The notes under the pieces: generated by a model
What the model was told of the DNA's origin: nothing
What the model saw: only the letters and a program-made list of their open reading frames with translations
The model's database searches: none
DNA from: Squalus acanthias
Taxonomy: Eukaryota
Assembly (NCBI GenBank): GCA_030390025.1
Contig: CM059432.1
Location: 101,558,001-101,622,000, forward strand
Length of the DNA: 64,000 nt
Direction of reading: 5' to 3'
Made by a program: the position numbers and the translations under genes
Shown: positions 51,813-62,541 of the stretch, piece by piece
Position numbering within the stretch: the stretch's first letter is position 1
Layout: each line of letters opens with the position of its first letter

Positions 51813-52152
51813 CACTCACTGGAAGGAGACACCGTAGGACACACTCACTGGAAGGAGACACCGCGGGACACACTCACTGGAAGGAGACACCGTAGGACAC
51901 TCTCATTGGAAGGAGACACCGCAGGACACACTCACTGGAAGGAGACACCGCGGGACACTCTCACTGGAAGGAGACACCGCGGGACACACTCACTGGAAGG
52001 AGACACCGCGGGACACTCTCACTGGAAGGAGACACCGCGGGACACACTCACTGGAAGGAGACACCGCGGGACACTCTCACTGGAAGGAGACACCGCGGGA
52101 CACACTCACTGGAAGGAGACACTGCGGGACACACTCACTGGAAGGAGACACA
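51813..52152 (+). repeat. 29-bp minisatellite, about 11.7 copies
   Basis: Unit GGAAGGAGACACCGCGGGACACACTCACT starting at 51821, 51850, 51879 and onward; no spacers. Confidence 0.95.
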
Positions 52153-52164
52153 CTATAAGGAGGT

Positions 52165-52332
52165 CAGGACCCAGGAGCGAGTTCAAGGCCCAGGAGCGAG
52201 GTTGGGACCGAGGAGCGAAGACGGGACCCAGGAGCGAGGACGGATCCTCAGAGCGAGGTCGAGGCCCAGGAGCGAAGACGAGGCCCAGGGCCGAGGACGG
52301 AGCCCAGGAGCGAGGTCGAGTCCCAGGAGTGG
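52165..52332 (+). repeat. Degenerate 19-bp GC-rich tandem repeat, about 9 copies
   Basis: CCCAGGAGCGAG core at 52170, 52189, 52208, 52227 and onward. Confidence 0.85.
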
Positions 52333-53062
52333 TGCAGCGTGGACTAACAGCAGGGTCGGGAGGACCACACAGCAGCCTATGAAACCCAAGCAGAGAGGAT
52401 CTGCGGGAAGGAGGGAGGAGGACAGTAGGAGTATGTTTGTGTGTGTGTGCTAGGCCGATGTAGCAGAGCCTGGTCTCCAATCGTCTTGGATCCCCTTGCC
52501 ATTGGACCAAGACCTTGCTCTGTCAAACCCGTGTGGTAGCTGGTGTGCAACAGCCACCCCACGTTAAAGAATTCATGGACAGGCATCTTCCACCCTTTAA
52601 AATGACGTTCGGGACCTGGAACGTCAGGACCCTCATGGACAACCCCAACAATGACAGACCGGAACGCCGTACTGCTATCGTTGCCCGGGAGCTCAGATGT
52701 TTCGACATAGAGATCGCCACCCTAAGCGAGACCCGGCGGGCAGGGGAAGGCCAGCTCAAGGAGCAAGGCGGTGGTTACACCTTCTTCTGGAAAGGCAAAC
52801 CTGAAGAAGAACGCTGCCTCCATGGGGTAGGCTTTGCCATAAAAAATTAGCTAGTTGAACGTCTCAGAGACTCCCCTTGTGGAATAAACGAACGCCTCAT
52901 GACTCTACGGCTCACCCTAGCCCGGAACCAGTGCGCTACAGTCATCAGTGCGTACGCCCCAACACTGGAAGCCACAGACAAGACCAAAGAGGAATTCTAC
53001 TCCAGCCTCAAACAATCCCTGTCCCGAGTCCCAATGGGCGACAAGCATATCCTCCTTGGCGA

Positions 53063-53985
53063 TGTAGGAAAGGCTGATATTTAAAGATATTTAGTTGACG
53101 AGAATCATATATGTATAACTTCAAGTGTAGCCAGTGACCAAATAATATTACCCATAATTACTCCTGGATAACTAAAAAAGCTAAGACTTGTTCAGAATGC
53201 AGCTGCAAGGACAGTCAAAAGCAGTTTGACTAAGCTTTGATAACAAACAGCCACAGGCTGCAAGTAAAGTTCAAATCATTAAATAACATATTATAATGCT
53301 GAGTAGAACTTAGAGTTCGCTTAACAAAACTAATTGCAACAATATTTAAAGGATAATTAGTATAAGGACATAAAATGAGAGAGATCATGGAAGTTAAGGT
53401 ATTTATCTGGTAGATTAAAATGAGACAGTCTGGATACCTCAAGACTCGTGAAACAACGCTGATATGGGCTCTTGGTATAAAGGCCTTGCAGCAAGCCTTG
53501 TATGAAATGAAAGAGATATGGTAAATTCCAATGGGGTGAAAAGCTATAAACAAGATAACAAGACAATTGGGCAGAGTTAGTGGAAATGTACTGGAAAAGG
53601 AGTGGCCTGGTTACTAGCCTTAACCTGAGTGACAATGGTATTTTGACCATTAGAACCAATTAAAGAAGGTGATTTTGTTAAAGACCATATATGGACACTG
53701 GCCAAACGAACTGTTGATAAGGAAAGGGTTAAAACCTCGATACTCAAAGAACAACTTCACACAGAGATTTGCTGCGAAGAAAAGGAACAGACTTATGACG
53801 ACGTTGCCTGTGTCCGAAGGGCTCCAGAGACCAAGGGCTGCGAGCTATTCGTTTTGACTATCGCCTAATGTTAAGTATTAATTATGCTGTAAGCTTAATA
53901 AATCTGATCTATTGCTCAAACCTACTGGCTGCTGCCTATTTGTGTCTTGTCCAAGAACTCTGAGAGATCACTTGATTGACTCACA
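53063..53985 (+). mobile_element. LTR (923 bp) inserted in the RTE endonuclease region
   Basis: Begins TGTAGG exactly where RTE homology stops (after ILLGD); AATAAA at 53897; ends ACTCACA two bases before a PBS. Confidence 0.75.
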
Positions 53986-53987
53986 AC

Positions 53988-54005
53988 TGGCACCCGAGAT
54001 GGGAC
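53988..54005 (+). promoter_or_regulatory. Primer-binding site, tRNA-Arg(CCT)-like
   Basis: TGGCACCCGAGATGGGAC differs at one position from the complement of the vertebrate tRNA-Arg(CCT) 3' end as recalled (TGGCACCCCAGATGGGAC). Confidence 0.75.
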
Positions 54006-54019
54006 TCAAAGTCTATTAA

Positions 54020-55343
54020 CTTGTGAGGGTGTCCATCGTATGCAAGCATCAGTGTTAAAAGAGCAGTCTGTTTGGAGGTTATATCAATGTCCCATTGTAA
54101 TAGTTATAAAGTCCACTTACTGCTGCGTTGGGATGAGATCAAAGAATCACCTGGTTTGATAAGGAGGTTCAGTGGGGTGTGAAGGGAATGCAAGATGATC
54201 CGTAAGCCCGTAATGTAGGTAAAGTGTTGACTGGCCCAGAACGTCGCTAGTAGGTGGTGCTCACACGCTGAATAAGTCAGTTCTGCCCCCTGCAAAACCC
54301 GTGAGGCATATGCGATCGGTTGTAACCTGTCCAGTCGTTCTTGACATAGGACCGCAGTCAGACTATGGTCGTTGGATGCGACCTCGAGATGGAATGGTTG
54401 TGTCGGGTCGGGTGATATCAAACAGGTAACCTGCATAACAGCCTGTTTCAATTTCTCAACTGCAGCGGTGTGATATGGCCCCCACAGGGAGGAAATTTGA
54501 TCCTCATTTTCTTTTAACAGTTCATGGAGGGGCTTTGCAAGTTCTGCAAATCCAGGAATAAAACTACGCTGGTACCCCACGAGTCCCAAAAACGATCGGA
54601 GCGCTGTCCTGGATACAGGAAGCGGAAGTCGTTGAATGACCTCTGAAAGGAATCTGTCATTCATGAAAGAAAGACTTATGAAATAATACTGGGTGGCCTG
54701 TGGGTGGCGCTGTCCAGGGAGAGTATAAATACTCGGGCACGGGCCCAGCTTGCGCAGGACATTCTTAACAGGAACTAGTGAAGGACACAACTAGACCTCC
54801 ATGTTGTAAAACAGTTGATTAAAGCTTTGTTTAACGCTTAGACCAAGTGCCTAGTAGTTTTCTTACGTCAACCTCTATTTATGCTCGTCGGGATTTAGAC
54901 CCTGCGGAGAGATCGTCACTCCCAAATAGGTGACCTGTTCCTGCAAAAGCTGAGCTTTTCGAGGGTTAATTTTCAAGCCTGAACTGCTTAACAGTGTTAA
55001 AAGTTCATCTGACAGTTCAAGGTGCTCCTCGATTGTACTAGTCGTCGACATACTGAAGCAGGCACTGGGGCTTAGAAAAAGCTTTCAGGTTCCATACCAT
55101 TCTGGTATGGAAGATGGTCGGAGCATTGTGGAAGCCTTGGGGTAGGCACATCCACGTGTAACTCTGGTCCTCAAAGGTGAAGGCAAATTTATATTGATCC
55201 TCTGTTCTGACGGGAATACTCCAAAAGCCATTCACAATGTCTCGGGTGGAATAGTATTTAGAGTGTTTTGGGAGTTCTGATAATAAGGTCGGCGCATCCT
55301 TAATGATAGGGGTGCTCTTGGGCGTGACCTTGTTAAGACTTTG
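54020..55343 (-). pseudogene. pol: Retrovirus-like pol fragment (RT and tether/degenerate RNase H)
   Basis: SLNKVTP...DIVNGFWSIPV...KFAFTF...WMCLPQGFHNAPTIF...QYVDD; frameshift; GLKINPRKAQL...VTYLG; ALRSFLGLVGY; PFHLEVAS...PIAYASRVL; split by a solo LTR. Confidence 0.9.
54644..54870 (+). mobile_element. 227-bp solo LTR nested in pol
   Basis: TGA...TCA termini; exact 5-bp TSD ACCTC (54639-54643, 54871-54875); TATAAATA at 54724; ATTAAA at 54818; excision restores PDEHKIEVIQRLP. Confidence 0.9.
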
Positions 55344-58300
55344 TCCGCATCACCTGCGCCATGAAAGGAGCTGACGACTGCTGGACAGACCACCGCCTAA
55401 TCTGCTCTGTTATCTCCATTAACGTAGCCCCAAAACAGCGGCGGCAACAGAAGCAATGAAGCAGGAAAATCAACGCTGGAGCACTCAAAGACCCTGCTAA
55501 GAAAGCCCTATTCAGCCTGCGCCTCACAACCAACCTGACGACTCCCAGTGATTCAGAGACACAGAGTGTCCACAGCGCCTGGTCTGCACTCAAGGCCTCC
55601 ATAATCAGCACCTGTGAAGAGACGCTCGGTCACTTGACCAGGAAACACCAAGACTGGTTTGACGAGAACGACCAGGAGATCCAGGAGCTAATAAGCCGCA
55701 AGCGCAAGGCATTCCTGATCTGGAAACAGCAACACAACTCAAGAACAAGAAAGCAGCTCTACAGATGCCTGAAGGCCGAGGTCCAACAAAAAACTCACGA
55801 CCTAAAGAACAGATGGTGGGTGGAGAAAGCGCAGGAGATCCAGCAGCTAGCCGACAACCATGAAGTGCGTGGATTCTTTAGCGCAGTCAAGGCCACCTAC
55901 GGCCCAAGCACCCAAGGTCCTACCCCACTGCGGGCCAAGAACGGTGAGGTACTCATCAAGGACAGAGAGGCAGTCAGTGCCCGCTGGAAGGAGCACTTCG
56001 AAGATCTCCTTAACCGAGACTCTGTCTTCGACGCGAGTGTCCTCAACTCCATCCTGCAGCATGCTACCCGCCGCCACCTCAGCACAACCCCAGCCCGGCA
56101 TATGTTTGAAAAGGCCATCCGACAACTGAAGAATGACAAGGCCTCAGGAGCAGATGGAATCCCCGCCGAGGCACTAAAATATGGCGGAGAAGCACTATTG
56201 GTGCCAATACATGAACTCATTTCTCTTATTTGGAAGGAGGCGAGTATGCCAGGGGATCTCAGAGACGCCGTAATCGTGACCATCTTCAAGAAAGGTGACA
56301 AGTCCAATTGCGGTAATTACAGAGGAGTCTCCCTACTGTCTGCCACAGGGAAAGTCATCGCAAGAATCCTCCTCAATCGCCTTCTCCCAGTGGCTGAAGA
56401 GCTCCTCCCAGAGTCACAATATGGATTCCGCCCACTAAGGGGCACAATGGACATGATCTTCACCGCACGTCAACTACAATAGAAATGCAGGGAACAGCAC
56501 CAACCGCTGTACATGGCCTTCTTTGATCTCACAAAGGCCTTCGACACTGTCAACCGTGAGGGATTATGGAGTGTCCTCCTCAAATTCGGCTGCCCTCAAA
56601 AGTTTGTCACCATCCTCCGCCTGCTTCACGACAACATGCAAGCCGTGATCCTGACCAACGGATCCACCACAGATCCAATTCACGTATGGACCAGGGTCAA
56701 GCAAGGCTGTGTCATCATACCAATGCTCTTCTCGTTCTTCCTGGCTGCAATGCTCCATCTCACCCTCAGTAAGCTCCCCGCTGGTGTGGAGCTAATCTAC
56801 AGAACAAACGGGAAACTGTTCAACCTCCGTCGCCTCCAGTCCAAATCCAAGGTCGTCCCATCCTCTGTCATCGAATTACAGTATGCAGACGACGCTTGCG
56901 TCTGCGCACAGTCTGAGGCCGAACTCCAAACCATCATCAACACCTTCACCCAAGCGTACGAGAGCATGGGCCTTACACTAAACATCCATAAGACAAAGGT
57001 TCTCTACCAACCTGCCCCTGCCACACAATACTGCTCCCCGATTATCAAAATCCATGACGAGGCCTTGGACAACATGGACCCCTTTCCATACCTCTGGCGC
57101 CTACTGTCAAGAAGGGCAGACGTCGATGATGAAGTCCAACACCGCCTTCAGTGTACCAGTGCAGCCTTCGGTCACCTGAGGAAGAGAGTGTTTGAAGACC
57201 AGGACCTCAAACCCAGCACCAAGCTCATGGACTACAGAGCAGTAGTGATACCCGCCCTCCTGTATGCTTCAGAGACATGGACCATGTACAGCAGACACCT
57301 CAAAGCACTGGAGAGGTACCAGCAACGCTGCCTCCGCAAGATCCTGCAAATCCATCGGCAGGATATGCGCACCAACGTCAGTGTTCTCGCTCAGGCCAAC
57401 ATCCCCAGCATCGAAGCTTTGACCACGCTCGATCAGCTCCGATGGACGGGCCACATCATCCGCATGTCCGATACGAGACTCCCAAAACAAGCGCTCTACT
57501 CGGAGCTCTGACATGGCAAGAGAGCCCCAGGTGGGCAGAGGAAACGCTTCAAGGACACCCTAAAAGCCTCCTTGAAAAAGTACAACATCCCCACCGAAAC
57601 CTGGGAATCCCTGGCCCAAGACCGCACAAAGTGGAGGAGAAGCATCCGGGAAGGCGCCGAACACCTCGAGTCTCTTTGCCCGGAGCAAACAGAAGCCAAG
57701 CACAAACAGCAGAAGGAGCGCACGTCAACCCAAGCACCCCACCCACCTGCCCCTTCAACCACTGTCTGCCCCACCTGTGACAGAGACTGTAGGTCCCACA
57801 TTGGACTCATCAGTCACCTGCGAACTCATTTTTAGTGTGGAAGCAAGTCATCCTCGGTTCCGAGGGACTGCGTAAGAAGAAGAAATATGTCTAAATCTTT
57901 ATTTATTTTTAAATTATTTCATACGAGTCATTTGGAATCATAAAACATGCAAAGCATTTAGTATAATTCCACTGCAGTGAAGTAATAGAGACTAGTGGTT
58001 GCATTTTACTTTCTAGTTGTGCTGGTAAATAGTATCAGTACCATGACAAATGCCGCCAATAGTGGCATTTCAACCAATCATCGTGATTTGATTTCTCTTC
58101 TTTCCTCTCCCCCTGTTGTAGTAGGTCTGAGACAAATTGCATTAAAGTGGTACTTGAGTGTAAATTTTAAACAGGACACTCTTCAGTATTGTCACACAGA
58201 TCCACTTATAGAAGGATGAGCTGGATAGGCCCAATGGCCTCCCTCATTTATTTTTATTGTGATCATCAATTCGTATCATAAATATTTAAAAAAAAAAGAG

Positions 58301-59750
58301 GAATCCCACTACTGTACAAGAGTTCCCAAACCGTATTAATTGTTTTACAAGACTCCATTTTTTACAATGCATTCTTCAGGAAAGGGAGGGGAATCACCCT
58401 TTTAACATCCTGTGATACTTTCAGCCATTCCTTTTTAGTACTTCAATGAAACAATAGTGCCGAAGGAATGAATATCCGTTGGCAATATATATAAATTATA
58501 TTCTGAACAGTCATTTGGCAGCGCTAACCTTCTCTTCACCTCACCGAATAAAATAGATTTTTAGTGCTACAGAATGCCTTCAGCATCATCACTTAGCGCT
58601 GACACAAATTGCACAAATGAAGTCTAGTCTTAGTCTCGTAAGATGTATGTAATTTCTTACAATATTTAAAATGAAAGCAAAACACTACAGAATAGCACAT
58701 TGTTTGGACAAGGCAGCATCCAATGTTCAGGAGGGAGAATAATACTTTCACAAAGCATATGTAATGTTGTATTGATTAAGTCAATGCATTTTAAGTAGAA
58801 TACACTCTTATTACATTAATATTTCAAGTTAATAATCCTACTGCTCGACTTTTAAAGGTTTGTGAGATATGATAAAGGATGCAAAGCTGAGAGAATTGCT
58901 TTTTACCCAGCGCTGGAAGGGCTTAGAGATATTGCAAAATAAATCACATTGTGCATAAAAAAAGCAGCACAAGTTTTAAAAGAATGATATCAGAAAAACC
59001 TTTGTAGAACTGTGCTGTTGCATTAAAGATTGCTGTACAACCCAAGCAATAACAAATAAAATGTCCCACAAATGAAATGCAATTCCTGCGCTGCTGCAAT
59101 TTTTTAATTTATAAAATGTAAGGATTTATCTATAATTACTGAACCATAACATCTGTAAATAAGCATTTATCTTCTAAACTGGAAAATTGGGAAAATTTTG
59201 GTCAGTGAAGCTATATTTAGAAAGCAGTAGCTTTTATTAGTCTCTTACATATTAATGATGAGATATAGAAATAACAAACATTAAGGTTAACTTAAGTTGT
59301 TAAGTATTTTACAGACTTTTTAGAATTGGCTTTAACAACAGTTCTGATCATGCAATCCTCTCAGGAAGATCATTAACTTCTCTTTCTTATAATGCTATAT
59401 CTGAATGTTGTTTTTGTCTGTTAATTGCTTTTAATTACATTTGATAATTTTGATGAAATTAATGTTAGACTGCATCGACTTTATTCAGTTTAATTTCAGA
59501 TCCCAATAGTATGAGGATGGTTTGTGTCAGTGCTAATGTTGATGTAAAGTGCAAATCGATGCACCAAGAACAGAAGAATAACTTTTCCATTCAGCTGCTA
59601 ATAATAGTTTGGTGACAGATAATGAATATTAATGAGCTCACCTTAACGTATCTTCAGTAAAATTATGTAAAAGCGCAGCATAGTCTACTAAACTGAGTTA
59701 ATAATTAATTCAATTTTGTAAGCTGTGCATCCAAATACATCATAACTCGA

Positions 59751-59942
59751 GGGGCTAATTTTCTGACTTTGTGCTCCCAGCTGGGAGTGCATATTGCAAA
59801 TTTGCGCATGCATTGCACATGATTTTCCTATCATTATCTTAAATGATTGGAAAATTGTGCACAAAGCATTCCCATGTTTCTGACATGCATTGTGAACAGT
59901 TGAGGCTCCTTGCTGAAAGCACAAAGTCAGAAAATTACCCCG
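59751..59942. mobile_element. About 190-bp palindromic MITE
   Basis: GGGCTAATTTTCTGACTTTGTGC / GCACAAAGTCAGAAAATTACCCC (22/23 inverted match); TSD ambiguous. Confidence 0.75.
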
Positions 59943-60381
59943 TAGCTCTTTGAGCCAGAATAAATAACTTCACATTCCATGCAATATTTATGGATGGAAA
60001 TAGCACCAAAGCAATTGGTAATCCCTGCCTAATTTGGATTAAAAATTCACTTTTTCTTTTTCCGAACAGTGTTACAGGATACTTTTATGTCATTCTCAGC
60101 TAGCGCCATGAATTAGTTACCTCCTAAATATTGAACTGCATCAGCGATACCTCTGGAATTAGGTTCATTCTACCCTTCCCCACCACCCCCCTCCCACCCT
60201 GTAGCAATGAGCTGCACACATTGTGCAGCATTGCCAATACTACCCTCAGTCTTGCCTTGTTTTGGCAATCATCAGTGTTTGGAAATCAACAATCAACACT
60301 GATCACCAAATCACTACTTCATCTTTTTTATTTATTTCCACCTTAGTTATATAGCAACTCAGTAGGTTTTTTGGAAAAAAG

Positions 60382-60620
60382 CAGGAAAGCCTGGAAACAC
60401 TCAACAAGTCAGGCACAGCATCTGTGGAGAGGTGTGACAAGTTAACATTTCAGGCATTGGCCTTCAACAGAATCATGTTGTGCTTCTGATGAAGGGCAAT
60501 GCCTGAAACATTAACTTGTCACAGCTCTCCACAGATGCTATGTCTGACTTGCTGAGTGTTTCCAGACTTTCCTGGTTTTGTTTCAGACTTCCAGCATCTG
60601 CAGTATTTTGCTTTTTTTTC
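60382..60620. mobile_element. Palindromic Penelope-like relic with hammerhead cores on both strands
   Basis: Arms 60382-60472 and 60484-60574 are inverted; plus-strand core CTGATGA-AGGGCAATGCCT-GAAACATT at 60486-60512. Confidence 0.75.
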
Positions 60621-60758
60621 CCATAGGCTTTGACATTCACCTTGTTTGCTCTATCAGAAAAAAAATGGAGCTTTATTGATTGAACACAAAATAAAAAGAT
60701 CAGAGCAAATAAAAGCATAGATTAATGCCACCTGAAAAACAATTTGGCTAAACATATA

Positions 60759-62541
60759 GGCTGCAATTTCGCCAACCGAGGCGGGTTCCAGGTGGCCAGG
60801 GTCGGTGGCGGGGTGTGACCCCGTTGCTGGCTCCAGCCTGCTCTGTGAAATTAATTTTACGCTAATTGGGGTTGTTAAGCCCGCCCAGTGCGTTTGCCGG
60901 CCAATTGAAGGAAGCGGGTCTGATGACATCACTTGATGACGTGTCATCAGCCGGTTTCCTTAAAGGGACCATGAGCAAATTGATTTTGACAGTTGTGCTG
61001 TCAGTGTTCTACAGCATTGAGGTGCTGCAAACACTGACAAGCACTGCACAGAGGCGCACGACTGCACCCAGGCTCTTCCATAACTCCTTCCATATGCTTA
61101 TGGAGGGAGTCACAGCACACAGGGCGGTCCACTTCCCTTCCCATGGGCGGAAGAGACCTCCCCAGGAGATCAACACAGCCTGGTTGCACATTGCACAGGA
61201 GGACACAAGCAGGGATGTCATCAGGAGGACCAGGCTGCAGTGGTGCAAACCTTTCAATGATCACAGTAGATCACGAAATGTTACTGCAAAGCCACACTCA
61301 ACCTCATCCTGCTGTGCCACTCATCACATCCCCATCACTCTGACTTCCCTACCCTACTCCTGCACATCCTTACTCACACCAACTTACCTTGCACCTCCAC
61401 CTATCCCTCTCTATTTACATTATCACATCCCCATCTCACTAGCCACCCCTCACACTCACCCTCATCCTAGTCCAATCATACCAACTAACAACACTCAAGG
61501 GTAGGCACTTGGGTGTTTTAGCCAATGTTCATGTGAAGTTTCTGCTAATGTGCTGTCAAACATTGAAATATTTATTTTCAACACTTTGCATTCTTGGACA
61601 GATTTATGTGCCCCTTTGGAAGTGTCTTAGTGAGTTGCAGTGACTGGTGAGACATAATGGTACCCCCTGCAATGGCGATGAGCATGAAAGGAATGGCTTG
61701 GGCATTGTAAGGATGCTTTATGGTGTTGGTGTGGTTTGGTGCCAACCTGGTGCATCATGTGGCAGCCAGGGTGTACAGCATCAAGTGAAGTAAATCTGGC
61801 TATGTTGAGGCCATCCCTGGCGTCCCGGGCAGCAATGTGGTTGGGTGCTGATACCCTGTGTCCTGTGCAGGATCAGGTGATTGCGGAGAAGGTTAATGTT
61901 GTTGGTGCTGTTGGTGTGCCCGGTGATGCTGGTGTTGGGGCTCATCGTGGTGGGATTCTGAGGACCAAAGTAAGAATTTTTCAAGGGCACCGATGTTGAT
62001 GTACTAGATGGCAGGAGAGGTTGAGATGACAGAAGTGATCTGTCAATGGTGAGAGAGGTTGTTCCAATGAGGTGACACTGGATAGAGAGTTTGCTCCAAA
62101 CACTTGCAAGCTGCATAAAGCTGACTCTGTCTTCCAAATGCAGTAAGCAACAGCTTCTAACCTTGGAAAGTGAAAACTTATGAAATGGGAGCTTTTATAG
62201 AACATTTGCAGCTGTCAGCTAAAGAAATCATCCCATGCTGACACAACACCCGACCTCCTTATCTGACGTGATCCCCAAGCAGTGGGGAAGCCATTGGCGA
62301 ACTCTAAAAATCTAAAGGTGAGCTTAAAATACTAGTTAATTGCTTCTTAACAATCTATCTAATGATGTAAATTGCCTCCCCCGCCACTTGGTGTCGGGTC
62401 TGTTCAGTGATGACAGACCTGACATCTGGGAGACTAGCGTGGAGGCGGGTTGACAGTCGGTTCCCCGCCTGCTGTCAAAAAACAAATTCCCAGCCGACCC
62501 GCCACCAAACGTGCCCGCTAACCCCCCGAAAAATTCCCCTC
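60759..62541. mobile_element. Non-autonomous Harbinger derivative, inverted sister copy of 44539-46285
   Basis: Termini GGCTGCAATTTC / AAAATTCCCCTC; flanks ATA / AAA; ORF 60866-61504 shares the Myb remnant (INTAWLHIA) with ORF 45628-46071. Confidence 0.85.

Larger units (their letters stand above)
51814..57882 (+). mobile_element. Full-length RTE-clade LINE, inactivated and interrupted at 53063-55341
   Basis: APE: GTWNVRTL, LSETRR, HGVGFAIK, ISAYAPT, ILLGD, CWTDHRL; RT: NYRGVSLLS, QYGFRP, FFDLTKAFDTV, QYADD; C2H2 CPTCDRDCRSHIGLISHLRTH; (AAG)n tail; 9-bp TSD AAATATGTC at 51805-51813 and 57883-57891; in-frame stops. Confidence 0.92.

Noticed and set aside
51813..52152. CRISPR-like appearance of the 29-bp array
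   Set aside because: Units are head-to-tail with no unique spacers, there are no cas genes, and the context is eukaryotic.
51906..52510. ORFs 51906-52382 and 52106-52510 as proteins
   Set aside because: They are translations of the two tandem arrays; a 29-nt period simply cycles through reading frames.
52340..52600. HDV-like ribozyme in the RTE 5'UTR
   Set aside because: Only a simple hairpin (GTCTTGG...CCAAGAC, about 52482-52513) is visible; I could not build the nested double pseudoknot by eye. Needs a descriptor search.
54104..54790. 228-aa ORF as one protein
   Set aside because: Its first roughly 49 codons come from the nested solo LTR; only the remainder is pol.
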